Below are positions 20,303 through 29,800 of a stretch of 64,000 nucleotides of DNA, one piece after another (the stretch's first letter is position 1; every line of letters starts with the position of its first letter). The position numbers and the translations under genes were made by a program. Source of the stretch: Giardia intestinalis (Eukaryota); the NCBI GenBank assembly GCA_000002435.2, contig CM018791.1. One strand, written 5' to 3'. The notes beneath the pieces are model-generated. The model saw nothing but the letters and a program-made list of their open reading frames with translations, was not told the DNA's origin and made no database searches.

Positions 20303-21139
20303 ATGTTCCTCTCTCGTTGTCCGTCTGTGTTTTTCAATCAAAAACGGATCTGTCGCTATTTGGGGTTCAGCGACGACTCCTTTGCCGTAGCCGTTCCCAT
20401 TGACGAGCAGCCTGAGCCAATCTATCAACTTTCACCTGCCATCAACATAGATAGTACATCAATCCGATTCGCGCCACCTAACGGCCTTACCTTCCAGTTT
20501 ACTACCTTGAGCCAGGTAATAATATCAGTGCTATTTGGGGTAACGCGGCTCGATACCGGGATGCCCTTAGACTACTCGCTCATTGCACCCGGTCAAGTAT
20601 TCAGCTCAAACAGCGGTCAACCCCAGACCTTTGTTTCGCTATCAACCCAGGGGATTCTTAGATCCAACATTGGCTTGATTGTAGTCAATGTAGTTGGCCA
20701 GACAAGCGAAGCGCAGGTTAATGGCCACTTCTTCCTTCTCAATCTTACTCGGAAAGCCCCCGACAATGACCAGATAGACATTATTGGCTCACGGGTCCGT
20801 ATAGGAGACACATTTTTCGACCTTAAGCACATTTACAGAACCTCTGAAACCCCTGGCGATGCTACATCGACGACAGCCGCATCCAATATCAACGCGCCTT
20901 GCGTCATCTGTATGGGGAAACGGTGCAGCTCTATTCTGCTTCCGTGCCGCCATATGTGCCTTTGTCGTTCCTGTGCTCTTGAATTTCGCCGTAAAGCAAC
21001 GCAATGCCCTCTTTGCCGAGCAGAAGTCTCGTCGCTCATTGATATAAGTGACATATCTAGCGAACTGCCGTTGAGCACGGCCGCTACCGGCGGTAGCACA
21101 GCTCAAGTCGGAGCCGTCTCAAACCAGGCAGTGCTCTAG
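20303..21139 (+). CDS. MGRN1 (mahogunin)-like RING E3 ubiquitin ligase, 278 aa.
   Basis: ATG at 20303 after gaaataaaATG. The C-terminal CVICMGKRCSSILLPCRHMCLCRSCALEFRRKATQCPLCR matches the MGRN1 C3HC4 RING ([40 protein letters not shown], from memory). The N-terminal domain is consistent with a DAR2-like region. Confidence 0.65.
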   Translation: MFLSRCPSVFFNQKRICRYLGFSDDSFAVAVPIDEQPEPIYQLSPAINIDSTSIRFAPPNGLTFQFTTLSQVIISVLFGVTRLDTGMPLDYSLIAPGQVFSSNSGQPQTFVSLSTQGILRSNIGLIVVNVVGQTSEAQVNGHFFLLNLTRKAPDNDQIDIIGSRVRIGDTFFDLKHIYRTSETPGDATSTTAASNINAPCVICMGKRCSSILLPCRHMCLCRSCALEFRRKATQCPLCRAEVSSLIDISDISSELPLSTAATGGSTAQVGAVSNQAVL

Positions 21140-24100
21140 TTGGCGCATTCTACGTGAAAGCATTGGAGACCCCCATCAACATATTTGATGGCCAATTTCG
21201 TTGCGTTTCCAGGGTCAATCAGGCCCTTGCATTTATGACACTTGGTAAAGCTGGAAATATCTACACGGGCCTGTCTATATTTGTCTAGCTCACTCTCTTT
21301 TTGTGATAATTTCATACGAACACTCATAGATCCCATCCCAACCTCTGTCTGCTCAACTACGCGGTGTCCTATAGAATTCGTGATGAAGGGCAGTATAAAG
21401 CTGAGCGGATAATCATGGGGTATCATATTAAGAATATCCCTGTACAAATATTTGGCTATATATGGACGAGACCCGCAGCCTCCCGTTCTATTGTCATTGA
21501 GGAGTGCCATGAGGCAATAGCTAAAGTCAGCCTTACTGATAAGGTTATTGGAGTGGCAGATATCTAACCTCCGTAGGACCTCATACAGCAATGCGGCGGG
21601 GGAGCGAGATGGGTCCCCTGGGAGACTACCCTTTTCTTTGGTTATCTCAGATCGGCTCATCAAGAATGCTATGCAATCCTCTCTTGTCACCATCTCTAGA
21701 TTTGTTTGTACCTTGTCGCTATTCCAGAGCTCGTCGAACTTAGTCGTGCCATTTATATATGCTGGATCCTGCATGATTCCAGTAGCCATACAGGGTGCAC
21801 GTGACGCGGTAATGCACCAAAGAATAAGGTTGTTAAATGCCGATCGATTAAGAACGGGATAACTGGATGTTGGGGCTCCAGACTGCTTAGCTAAAGTAGA
21901 AGAGTCTTGCGCTGTCTTGCGGCTGCCTTCTGCCACATCGGCCTCCAGAAAAGGATAAAGGGCGGCACTGACGCCTGGAAATGCTTTTTCATAGAGTGTA
22001 TTGATGGCAGACGCGGTTTCCTGCAACTTAATACAAGCCAGCAGGTAGGAACCATCAAACGCTGGATTTAGACCACTCAACTGCTTGAGCTTTTTTGTGA
22101 TGATCTGCATTACCTCTACATCGTTAGACTCAGACGATGAGCGCAACTGAAACATTCCAACATGTTGTAACAAAAATGTTATAGCGTCAGATGATAGATA
22201 CGTTTCAATGGTGGCTGACGTTGTTGAAGGAACACTGTTCTTCGTTAGCATAGCATATTGCGCTCCGCAGACAACTATTTGCAGAAGAACATTAACATAG
22301 GGTGCTGTCCTTTTGGTCTCCGTCTTAGACAGATACTTTTGGAGAGTGGCCACAGAAACAGTGGACACAAACCTCTCGATGACCTCTTTTTCTGGCTGCC
22401 TAAAAGATAATGCAGATTTTGCACTGTTTATTTGGAGATTTAACAGCGCATTAAAGAGGTCATCCCCAGAGGTCTTCTCAGCAAGCTTAAGTATACGCGA
22501 GCAATAATCCGGGTGGCCAACTGATAGGTTCGCAAGAATTCCACATAAAAAGCTGGTGACAGACGTATTCTTAAGAGCCAAGACGAAAAACAGAATCGTT
22601 TTGTATAACAGAGACATGGAGTGTCTGCTCACGTGCATGTAGGAGATGGCAAGTACAGCAAGCAGTGTTTTTGTATACTCATTGATAATGGAGAAGTCCG
22701 ATGCCTCAAATAGTGTGGATTTGTATGTGTCGACAAGAAGCTCAATTGATGCGTCTGTGGCAAGGCCCGGATATATCTGATCAAGCGCGACAGAACTGAC
22801 GGCCTTAAATGATCCAGGTGCAGTTTTCTTGTTCTCTCCCGTCCCCACATTCGTCCAGGCAGACCAGTCACGACCAAGAATAGTTTTATTCCCACTAGTC
22901 TTGAAGCTCATCCACCCAATGTATGTCTCTAACGATACATATGCCAAGTCGTAAAAGCGACCCAGCACCAGAAGTCCTATTGTAGACAAGAATATATTGC
23001 TATATTGCGCTGAAGAAAGAAAACAGGCTTGGTTTCCGGTGGAGTTCGTTGGCTGCGTGAGTAGGAAGAGCCTCTGTTGGGGGCGCGATATATGATAGGT
23101 CTCACGAGATAGCAGCATTATGAATAGTGCTCGTAAGGGGAAAATGTTGTGATGATCTATTGCTGTTGGCTTGGAGATACGATACGTCTCAACTATGGTT
23201 TTCGACGCATCTGGCACCTGCCTTTTAGTTTCGTCAATAGATTGTTCCTTTAAATGAGGACGGAACATGCTAACTTTCCCAACAAGTGCGTCCTTGGTTG
23301 TCTCGTGTTGCGCCTCCACTTTGCTGAGTACCCCGTGCAATATAAGATTCCAGGAATCATGCGGATCCAAAATAAGCTTTAGATAAAGAAGGCATGCATC
23401 TAGGCGGCTTACAGTATCTTCATCATTGGCAGGACTGCACGGCAAGTTGAAGCGCTCACTAAGATTCGTTATCTCCAGTTCTGGCGGTAGATCTATATAG
23501 TCTTGCTCACTGGAAACTCCCAGGGCATTCATCACCTTGCACATATCGTCCATGAGGTTATTTATATAAAACAAACTCTGGTCTCTGCCATACCGCACTC
23601 TCCCATCTCCATCAGCGGTTTGTGTATACTGCTCATTAGATAGAACCTGCCTTACGCGCTGAGAATAGCAGCCAAAATTGACACCGTCCATGCACGATTG
23701 GCTTGGCTGGTGCCTTCTTGCTGGTGTGTTCTTCAGCAGTGATATACATTCTAAAGAGATACCATGCAAGAGAATCCCAACTATTTGAAGTGGGTTCACC
23801 ATCCTTGCGTTCATGAATGCTAAAGTAGCGCCCCAGAAGTTCTTCTGGAGCAGCCGTAGAGACCCTGTCAGGATCCAGCAAAGACACCAGTCCCGAGATG
23901 ACATGTCAAACCTGTCTACCAGTGTTTTCTCCAGTTTCCCCTCCACGTACTTCAGTAGCTTAGGAAGGCTATCTTTTGCGTGTGTGTTCTTGTCCACATC
24001 TAGAAGGCTAGCACGAATCTGGCGATATAAAGAGGTGCGCTTTATTGCAATTAGTGACATGTTTGTGTGGACGTAAAAGATATTTGTGTCACATGGAAGG

Positions 24101-26379
24101 CAGTTGGGCTTGCCCATGAACATGTTTGTAAGACCGAATATGTGGGAGTTCCCGGTGATAAACGCTGGCACTATCCCTTTGACCATATATTTGCGATCCG
24201 GAACAGGTGGCTGCTTTAATTGCAGCACAGAAACAGACTCAGTTGTCTCCTCGACATAGTTCTTCAACGGTTCCTCCGACGATATTATCTGTTGTAGCAC
24301 AAGGCTCTTCGTAGATTCAGGAAGAAGGTCATGCAGCCCTATAGCAAGTCTGTAGAGCTTGTCTGTAGCAATAATAGATGTGCTGGGGTCCTTGCCATAC
24401 AGCATATTATAGTAATTCCAGATGGATGGATTAGGCTCCTCCGCACACTTATCTGTATCGATGTACGTGTATGGCCTGTTCTTCTCTCCTAATCTTACTC
24501 TCAAAATATAAGGTAGTGGGATGTACGCTCCGCAATTTTTGGTTTTTTGTACATGGATTGAGAGCTCATGATCCAGTTCATCCACTGCTTCTGGCTGCGA
24601 TTCGTGCTCATGGTTATTTGCTTCTTTCCCAGAAAATTGAAGAGCCTTTCTGACGGCCTCAGCCATGGAAGTAGACAAATACCTGAGATCAGACTCCAGC
24701 AGACGTGCAGGGCATCGTAGCAATCCATACTTTGCAGCTTTAGAGAGGGCCTGCACACAGACAAATAGCTCGGGACCCTTTGAAGTGATGACATTACTAT
24801 TCTCAGGGGGCTTTCCCTTCCACTCCAAGTCAACAATATTGCCTGTGAAGACGGAGCTATCCTTCTTGAGATTATTGGCGTCTCGAAGTAGATTGAAACA
24901 CAGTCTGGGGTACTGAGATATGGCCTTAATGGTGGTGCTACCGCCGTAGCTATCCTTGCCATTAGCCATGCGTAGAGATCCCCCGACAGCATCAACAGAA
25001 GAATCCTTTAACGAGCGCTCGGAAGGAATCCCCTTTAGTATTCTATTGTGTGTGTCGCGGTCATCAAGAAAAGATAGATTCATCCGTCTGACTATTTTCT
25101 CAATTGGGGTTCCTTTCTCAGTTGCGTCTGCACGCAGCGCCTCATGAGAAGCGTGGCCGTTGTCTGCCCACCCATAGCTATACATGACTGTCCCAGCGTC
25201 GTATCGGTTACAGAAATTCCGGTCCATCTTCTCTCCGGCACACAACCTCAAATAGATTTCGTGGAGAAGCTGGTTCTTGAGCGCAGAGTCAACGTACGTG
25301 GGTTTCTCAAGAGCAAACAGAGCATAGTCAGAAGTCATCACATCCGTGAGAGGGGTTTCCGCAACGACATTCAGTACTAGTTCACCAAGGTACTTCAAAT
25401 TTTGGTCTTTGAGAACCCCAATCCTGTCTAAGGAGGTGGGGGTTGAAAGGGACGCATCATGTAGCATACTAGTAAAAGTCGTGAGGTATATTAGTTTTCT
25501 GATGTCCATGCTCATAACCTGAAGTTTGTTAGCAAGCATGTTTCGCTGGGCAAAGAAGAGATATTCTCCAACCCAGGCATACGAATTGAGGGTCTGCCCT
25601 ATGTCCAGCAACATTATGTTGAACCGAGATAGATTCTCTGTAGCTGGCTCGTAAGAGAACTCAAGAGGGTTGATATTCTTTCTGGCAGAAGCTACCTTGT
25701 TATCTATGAAGGAGACGGTACTGGTTTGGTACTGAAGAGATGACACAGGTAGGGGGAAGGCAGCAACAGGCTCTTTACTTGTACAGAGCACCACAGACAT
25801 GCTTGTGCCAGAGCCCAGGCCTCCCCCTTCCTGAATCACAATGAAATCAAAAAGCCCATGGCGTAATGTGTTGAGGCATGGTCGCTTAGATGCTGATAGT
25901 GCGCGCTGCATGAGAGCTGGATTGGTTGAAATGGGGGCATAATAGATAGACCTCTGGGATAGATCTATGATCTCCGTGTGAGTCACATCGGGAAAGCGAA
26001 TATAGACCGGCTCATATCCACAGCAGTGAGGTACCAGAGCAATAACATTCGGAAGAGACGTAAGCTCATGGGATGCCATTGTCTCGGTATTGACGGCATG
26101 GACGGCTCGGTCCACATGTGCCAGTATGAGATTGACCTCAGGATAGACCACAAAACTGTGTATTTGTGTCTTGAAAGAGAGTGAACCTACACTCGTTACC
26201 TTGCGGGTGCTCGAAAAGGTGTACCGCTTTAGAACGCTTCCAGACTCTACTGTATAAATGTCCCCAGGAGAAGTGACAACGCATGCGTTGAGCATGCTGC
26301 TACTGATAAGAGTCTCCAACTGAAAAGGGCTTGCTTCTGCCTTCATATTTATTTTAATTTTCCACAACTGTATTTCCAT
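21136..26379 (-). CDS. Large hypothetical protein (1747 aa). Possibly a Vps39/Vam6- or Vps3-like tethering-complex subunit (tentative).
   Basis: Uninterrupted 5.2-kb ORF with ATG (cat) at 26377-26379. The extreme C-terminus CHKCKGLIDPGNATKLAIKYVDGGLQCFHVEC resembles the terminal zinc-finger of Vps39 (C-x2-C-K...I..N..A..Y..G...H..C, recalled from memory). The N-terminal third looks beta-rich. The product assignment is low-confidence. Confidence 0.7.
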   Translation of the reverse strand: MEIQLWKIKINMKAEASPFQLETLISSSMLNACVVTSPGDIYTVESGSVLKRYTFSSTRKVTSVGSLSFKTQIHSFVVYPEVNLILAHVDRAVHAVNTETMASHELTSLPNVIALVPHCCGYEPVYIRFPDVTHTEIIDLSQRSIYYAPISTNPALMQRALSASKRPCLNTLRHGLFDFIVIQEGGGLGSGTSMSVVLCTSKEPVAAFPLPVSSLQYQTSTVSFIDNKVASARKNINPLEFSYEPATENLSRFNIMLLDIGQTLNSYAWVGEYLFFAQRNMLANKLQVMSMDIRKLIYLTTFTSMLHDASLSTPTSLDRIGVLKDQNLKYLGELVLNVVAETPLTDVMTSDYALFALEKPTYVDSALKNQLLHEIYLRLCAGEKMDRNFCNRYDAGTVMYSYGWADNGHASHEALRADATEKGTPIEKIVRRMNLSFLDDRDTHNRILKGIPSERSLKDSSVDAVGGSLRMANGKDSYGGSTTIKAISQYPRLCFNLLRDANNLKKDSSVFTGNIVDLEWKGKPPENSNVITSKGPELFVCVQALSKAAKYGLLRCPARLLESDLRYLSTSMAEAVRKALQFSGKEANNHEHESQPEAVDELDHELSIHVQKTKNCGAYIPLPYILRVRLGEKNRPYTYIDTDKCAEEPNPSIWNYYNMLYGKDPSTSIIATDKLYRLAIGLHDLLPESTKSLVLQQIISSEEPLKNYVEETTESVSVLQLKQPPVPDRKYMVKGIVPAFITGNSHIFGLTNMFMGKPNCLPCDTNIFYVHTNMSLIAIKRTSLYRQIRASLLDVDKNTHAKDSLPKLLKYVEGKLEKTLVDRFDMSSRDWCLCWILTGSLRLLQKNFWGATLAFMNARMVNPLQIVGILLHGISLECISLLKNTPARRHQPSQSCMDGVNFGCYSQRVRQVLSNEQYTQTADGDGRVRYGRDQSLFYINNLMDDMCKVMNALGVSSEQDYIDLPPELEITNLSERFNLPCSPANDEDTVSRLDACLLYLKLILDPHDSWNLILHGVLSKVEAQHETTKDALVGKVSMFRPHLKEQSIDETKRQVPDASKTIVETYRISKPTAIDHHNIFPLRALFIMLLSRETYHISRPQQRLFLLTQPTNSTGNQACFLSSAQYSNIFLSTIGLLVLGRFYDLAYVSLETYIGWMSFKTSGNKTILGRDWSAWTNVGTGENKKTAPGSFKAVSSVALDQIYPGLATDASIELLVDTYKSTLFEASDFSIINEYTKTLLAVLAISYMHVSRHSMSLLYKTILFFVLALKNTSVTSFLCGILANLSVGHPDYCSRILKLAEKTSGDDLFNALLNLQINSAKSALSFRQPEKEVIERFVSTVSVATLQKYLSKTETKRTAPYVNVLLQIVVCGAQYAMLTKNSVPSTTSATIETYLSSDAITFLLQHVGMFQLRSSSESNDVEVMQIITKKLKQLSGLNPAFDGSYLLACIKLQETASAINTLYEKAFPGVSAALYPFLEADVAEGSRKTAQDSSTLAKQSGAPTSSYPVLNRSAFNNLILWCITASRAPCMATGIMQDPAYINGTTKFDELWNSDKVQTNLEMVTREDCIAFLMSRSEITKEKGSLPGDPSRSPAALLYEVLRRLDICHSNNLISKADFSYCLMALLNDNRTGGCGSRPYIAKYLYRDILNMIPHDYPLSFILPFITNSIGHRVVEQTEVGMGSMSVRMKLSQKESELDKYRQARVDISSFTKCHKCKGLIDPGNATKLAIKYVDGGLQCFHVECAN

Positions 26380-26381
26380 AA

Positions 26382-26750
26382 CTAATAAGTCTTCATGTAT
26401 TGCTTGAAGGCAGAAAGAAGCAAGGGCATGAAAAGCAGGACAGGATAGATGTATGCTGTGATAAGCTCATCATCTATTTTCATCCTTACCTCAGGAACGA
26501 GTCCTTTGGAAGCATAGATCAAGATACTGTTGAGAGGCCAGTATCCAAGTCTGTTCGTGACTATGAACTTATCTGCTGGCGAAGCTTTAGAGAGGAGAAT
26601 GTGAGATGTCGCTGTCTGGAGTATCCAGGTCACAGCCCAAACGGAACAGTATATTGTCAGAGCAAAAAAGGGTATTCTTGCTGCCATTACGGACATACGC
26701 CGTCTCTGCTTAGAAGCAGCTGTAAGCTCAGTACACCTCTTGCCTGCCAT
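26382..26750 (-). CDS. Small predicted membrane protein (122 aa), hypothetical.
   Basis: ATG (cat) at 26748-26750, immediately preceded on its strand by AT-rich ttttaaatattaaaagggtgcATG. It has two or three hydrophobic helices. Its stop lies only 2 nt upstream of the ATG of the 1747-aa gene. Confidence 0.4.
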   Translation of the reverse strand: MAGKRCTELTAASKQRRRMSVMAARIPFFALTIYCSVWAVTWILQTATSHILLSKASPADKFIVTNRLGYWPLNSILIYASKGLVPEVRMKIDDELITAYIYPVLLFMPLLLSAFKQYMKTY

Positions 26751-26831
26751 GCACCCTTTTAATATTTAAAATCTCTGCAGCTTCCTGGTTCCCTGGCTGT
26801 GTGCGAGGGTTGTTAAGCTAGTACGAACCAT
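26751..26831. promoter_or_regulatory. Short divergent intergenic region (81 bp) likely holding both promoters.
   Basis: Lies between the minus-strand ATG at 26750 and the plus-strand ATG at 26832. It contains the AT-rich stretch ttttaatatttaaaatctct, typical of Giardia initiator regions. Confidence 0.4.
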
Positions 26832-29800
26832 ATGTCGATTCAAGGGTCCTATAAGCCGCGTAAGCCGAAGCTCGGTCTGATATGCATGGACAAAAAGGCG
26901 AAGTCCGAGCCGATGAAAGCCTTGCTCTCAAAGCTCAATCATGACGATTACCTCGATATAGTTGAGTTTCCTGAATGTATGCTATTGAATGAAGATATAG
27001 ACAAGTGGCCCGCGGTGGATGTCATCATTGGGTTCCATTCAAAGGGTTTTCCTCTAAGAAAGGCTATAGCATATGAAAGACTACACCGCCGCGCCCTTAC
27101 CATCAATTCCTTGAGTGACCAGAGGGTCCTGCTGAGCAGATTTGACGTTTATAGACGCATGGATCAGCACTCAATTCCCACATGTATGCACATACTTTTA
27201 GAGCGGGAGCCGCCAGCACCAGAGCGCATATGCGATGCATGCAAAGCCATCATGCTCAAGACAGGGAATTCGGAAACACGAGCTGATTCCATTTGTTGCA
27301 CTTGCAAATATAAGGACCCTCCCGGGTTCATAGACGAAGGTGAGTACATAGAATATGAGGGCACACGAATCTACCGACCATTCTTAGAAAAACCTCAGGA
27401 CAGCGAAGACCATAATATCTGGATTTATTACCCTTCGGTCAAGGGTCCACTTACAGAGGCAGGCGAAAAGCCCAGGTCTGCTCGACAGGAAGGAGTTACA
27501 AAGCTCTTCAGGAAGGTTGATAATAGATCTTCTGTTTTTGTGGAAGGCTACTTCCCCATTCGTCGAAATGGCTCCTATGTCTACGAGGCATTTCTGCAGC
27601 CGGAGGGTAATACAGATGTCAAAATCTATGCTATCTTTCCAAACTACATCCTTGCAGAAAAGCGAAAAGCCCCACACATTGACGGTGTTGTCCTGCGAGA
27701 CCCTGAGACTCGCAAGGAGGTGCGTGAGCCTACTGAGCTGACCAGTAAGGAGCGCGATATCTCAAACCTCATCTGGCGCGCGTTCAAGCAACGCGTCTGT
27801 GGTTATGACTTTATCCGCTCTGGCAACAAGTCCTACGTCTGTGATGTCAATGGCTGGTCCTTTGTGAAAACTAACTCCCACTATTATGACAACTGTGCAC
27901 GAATCCTTCGAGAGCTTATCCACCAAGCACTAAACATTGATCAAAGGGCTCTCACAGTGACGTATGGCCTTCAGCTGGAAGAGTATTGCTTTCGTAAATA
28001 TGAGCACGATACTACGACGACAAATGTCGGCGAGTACACATACAAAAGCTCCAACAAGTACTTCATTGACCATGGCTATCTGAAGGTTCTAGCCAACAAG
28101 AAGAGCTCTCTATCTCAAAAGATCTCTACGTTTTTAATGAGCAAGGACGTCTTTTCATCGTCAAGCTCGTCAGGACCGTCCAGTACAGACAGCTGTGCTC
28201 CAAAGTCTTCTGAGCTACCTGCTTCCGAAAGCAAGGCCCATGTCTCTTTTGGGGACTACGTAGGATGCACAATGAAACCGCGAGGCCTTGTTTCAATCCT
28301 ACGACACGGAGATCGCATCCCTAAGTTTAAGCTCAAAATAACATCATCTAATAACAGCCTTTTCAAGATATTTGCCGGTATTCTTGATCGCGATGTTGAG
28401 CTAAAGGAGTATAACAGACGAGAGGAGGAACTGCGCGACTTTGTGCTGAGACCAGAGTACTCTGTTGGCCGTGCAGAGGAAATAGCGACCACAATAAGCT
28501 CTATCTTAACGGAAATAGGCTATGACCTGATGGAGTTGGAGACAGCTCCACTCCTTACTGAATCTATCGACACTTCCTATGACAGCCCATCGTCCTCCTC
28601 TGCTGAGTGCGACGGGGGCCCTGAAAAGGGTGACTGTTGCTCTGTACGAGAGAAAGTTCGCAAGCATCTTACCATGGTTCGTGATGGGATTTCCATCAAA
28701 CTGTCATCCCTGAAGATATTAAAGTCCTTACCTCAACATAGACAGTCCGAGCCTTCACTTATATCAGAGACTAACACAGAGGCTAGCAGTGCAACTCAGT
28801 TTACAGATGCAATTTTCTTTTCAACACAAGAGATTGAGGCTCTAAAATTGGCTTATGCATTGCTCCGCAATGAGATTGCAGGCACAAAGATTCAGCTTAG
28901 GGTGGTCAAGAAAGCGCCTCTCATGTTTCAGATGATAATCAAGTGGGGTGGGTATCTATCCATCGCAGGACTTCGCCAGTCGTTTCTGATGGGCAAACAG
29001 ATCAGGCGAATGTTCCTGACATACTTTGATGATCCTGCAACGTACTTTAGAGACAAGGATGCGCTAACTGCCTCCTTGCGCCGAGAAGGTACTGCTCCGT
29101 CTCAGCCTCCAACCAATGTGAGCTCTCCACTCATAGCCCCCAGAGCCACTCCCCTTCAAGATGAGGACATTGGCAGCGAGGCACAGGCGGCCATTCGTGA
29201 AAAGCGGTGCCGTCTGTTTAGTCAGATACTCCACGTGTTCTATGGAAATGAGCGACGGGTGAGGAAGACGGCCATAGGTGTGCTGCTTGGAATCTGCGCT
29301 GACATAGATGCAGAGATAGACGACATCTTTCCGTGCCTATCTAACTATGACAGCTATGAATTAGCACCCAATGCATTGAAGCTACTCAACAAGCTATATG
29401 GGAATGATCAGCCGCTACCGTACATTCACCTCTATCCCTCGCAACTGTCACAGATCCTTGTGGAGGGAGGAGACATTCTAGCATCAAAGTCCAGGTTAGT
29501 TACAGCTGCGATGCGAGCAGAGCAGCACAAGATCAACGAAATCCTTAACAGAACGGTCAGCAGTGTTGACAAGTTCTTCTCAAAGACTCCTGGGTCTGCC
29601 ATACAATCAACTAAAATTTCAAATGATTGTGCACATTCTGCAATTCTTTCGTTAGATAAGTTAGCTAACAAGCATGCTTTCAATGTTGATCACAATACAG
29701 AGACAGAGTTATGCCCTGTTCCCGATTTCACGACTTCCAATTTAAACGGAACCCTCGCCTGCGAGTCTACTCCAAATATCCCAGCCTTTCAGAATGATAC

